DNA of 64,000 nucleotides from assembly GCA_001940825.1 (NCBI GenBank), contig MSGT01000061.1:1887-65886 (forward strand). The letters run 5' to 3'. This document shows, piece by piece, positions 63,657 to 64,000 of this stretch; positions within the stretch are counted from its first letter, which is position 1; each line of letters begins with the position of its first letter. Source of the stretch: Sphaerochaeta sp. Phil3. Its GTDB lineage: Bacteria > Spirochaetota > Spirochaetia > Sphaerochaetales > Sphaerochaetaceae. Position numbers and translations under genes: made by a program. The notes below the pieces were generated by a model. It did no database searches and was not told where the DNA came from. It saw only the letters and a program-made list of their open reading frames with translations.

Positions 63657-63959
63657 ATGAAGCTTGATGCCATAAAGAAGAAGGAGCTCAGAGGCCAGAT
63701 ACTGGTGTTTCTGGGTCATGTGAATCCCTATCCCATATCAAGGGAATCGATATATGAGACTCTCTATGAGTACTGGCAGACCGAGGACATCCTGCAGGCG
63801 CTTCAGTACCTTGTGGACGGCGGCTATGTGGAGGAGAAGGTCATTGCAAGCCCGTTCGGATCCGCGTTCGACAAGATCCACAACTACCGGATAACCAAGA
63901 AGGGTGTGGACCTGTGTGACCTGACAATCACGGATGAAGGCGTCCATGTGCGGAGGTAG
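63657..63959 (+). CDS. Prophage hypothetical protein (winged-helix-like)
   Basis: 100-aa ORF, tightly spaced between the neighbouring late genes. Confidence 0.5.
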   Translation: MKLDAIKKKELRGQILVFLGHVNPYPISRESIYETLYEYWQTEDILQALQYLVDGGYVEEKVIASPFGSAFDKIHNYRITKKGVDLCDLTITDEGVHVRR

Positions 63960-63962
63960 GTC

Positions 63963-64000
63963 ATGGGACGCAGATCGAAGAGTGACGAGCTGGGACTTGG
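63963..64000 (+). CDS. Start of a probable Mu gp27-like small terminase subunit (truncated by the window end)
   Basis: MGRRSKSDELGL resembles the MxRxSKID N-terminus of DUF3486/gp27-type proteins. Only 12 codons are visible. Confidence 0.35.
   Translation, partial: MGRRSKSDELGL

Larger units (their letters stand above)
50352..64000. mobile_element. Mu-like transposable prophage, left part (left boundary somewhere in 50352-50600; right end beyond the window)
   Basis: Carries Ner-like, DDE transposase, MuB-like ATPase, GemA-like, DUF3164, S24 repressor and gp27-like terminase-start genes. Sampled backbone windows are about 60-66 % GC against a chromosome near 50 %. A repeat-dense AT-rich terminus follows the rumA-like stop. 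Confidence 0.8.

Overview
This 64-kb window is bacterial chromosome at roughly 50 % GC. The gene content fits a diderm anaerobe such as a spirochaete, but I cannot assign taxonomy from sequence alone. Layout, left to right: (1) 0-8.9 kb is a GntR-controlled carbohydrate or amino-sugar catabolic island: NagB-like deaminase, two PfkB kinases, a DHDPS/NanA-family lyase, a TIM-barrel isomerase, an NhaC-type transporter, DUF4432 and a HAD phosphatase. (2) 8.9-29.8 kb is housekeeping: an ABC exporter pair, pepT, an M16C peptidase, glpK, cdaA-ybbR-acpS-truA, UDG, priA, def-fmt, a radical SAM protein and an FKBP. (3) 29.8-37.3 kb is an accessory stretch. It holds an AT-rich nuclease-like gene, radC and an acidic lipoprotein. 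It also holds a 1047-aa MATE-like, RsbW-like ATPase and unknown-domain fusion co-oriented with a class-III aminotransferase, plus tRNA-Arg(CCG). (4) 37.3-50.35 kb carries a CDF transporter, a nucleotidyltransferase, an OMP, mscL, rlmL and hslO. A 9-bp tandem-repeat array follows, then a sigma-54 two-component pair, an M3 peptidase and a RumA-type methyltransferase. (5) From about 50.35 kb to the window end lies the left part of a Mu-like transposable prophage. Its early operon is inverted: Ner-like, DDE transposase, MuB-like ATPase, GemA-like and DUF3164, all on the minus strand. A divergent S24 repressor and the lysis/late genes are on the plus strand. The most interesting region is an AT-rich cargo island at 58.86-62.23 kb, wedged between the repressor and the lysis genes. 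It encodes a ParB/Srx-fold protein with an unassigned C-terminal domain, a D12 adenine methyltransferase, and a DUF3800 protein preceded by its own promoter, a structured GC-rich leader and a terminator-like hairpin. I propose it as a candidate lysogen-expressed immunity module of undescribed type. All calls come from reading the ORF translations and the DNA. No searches were run.
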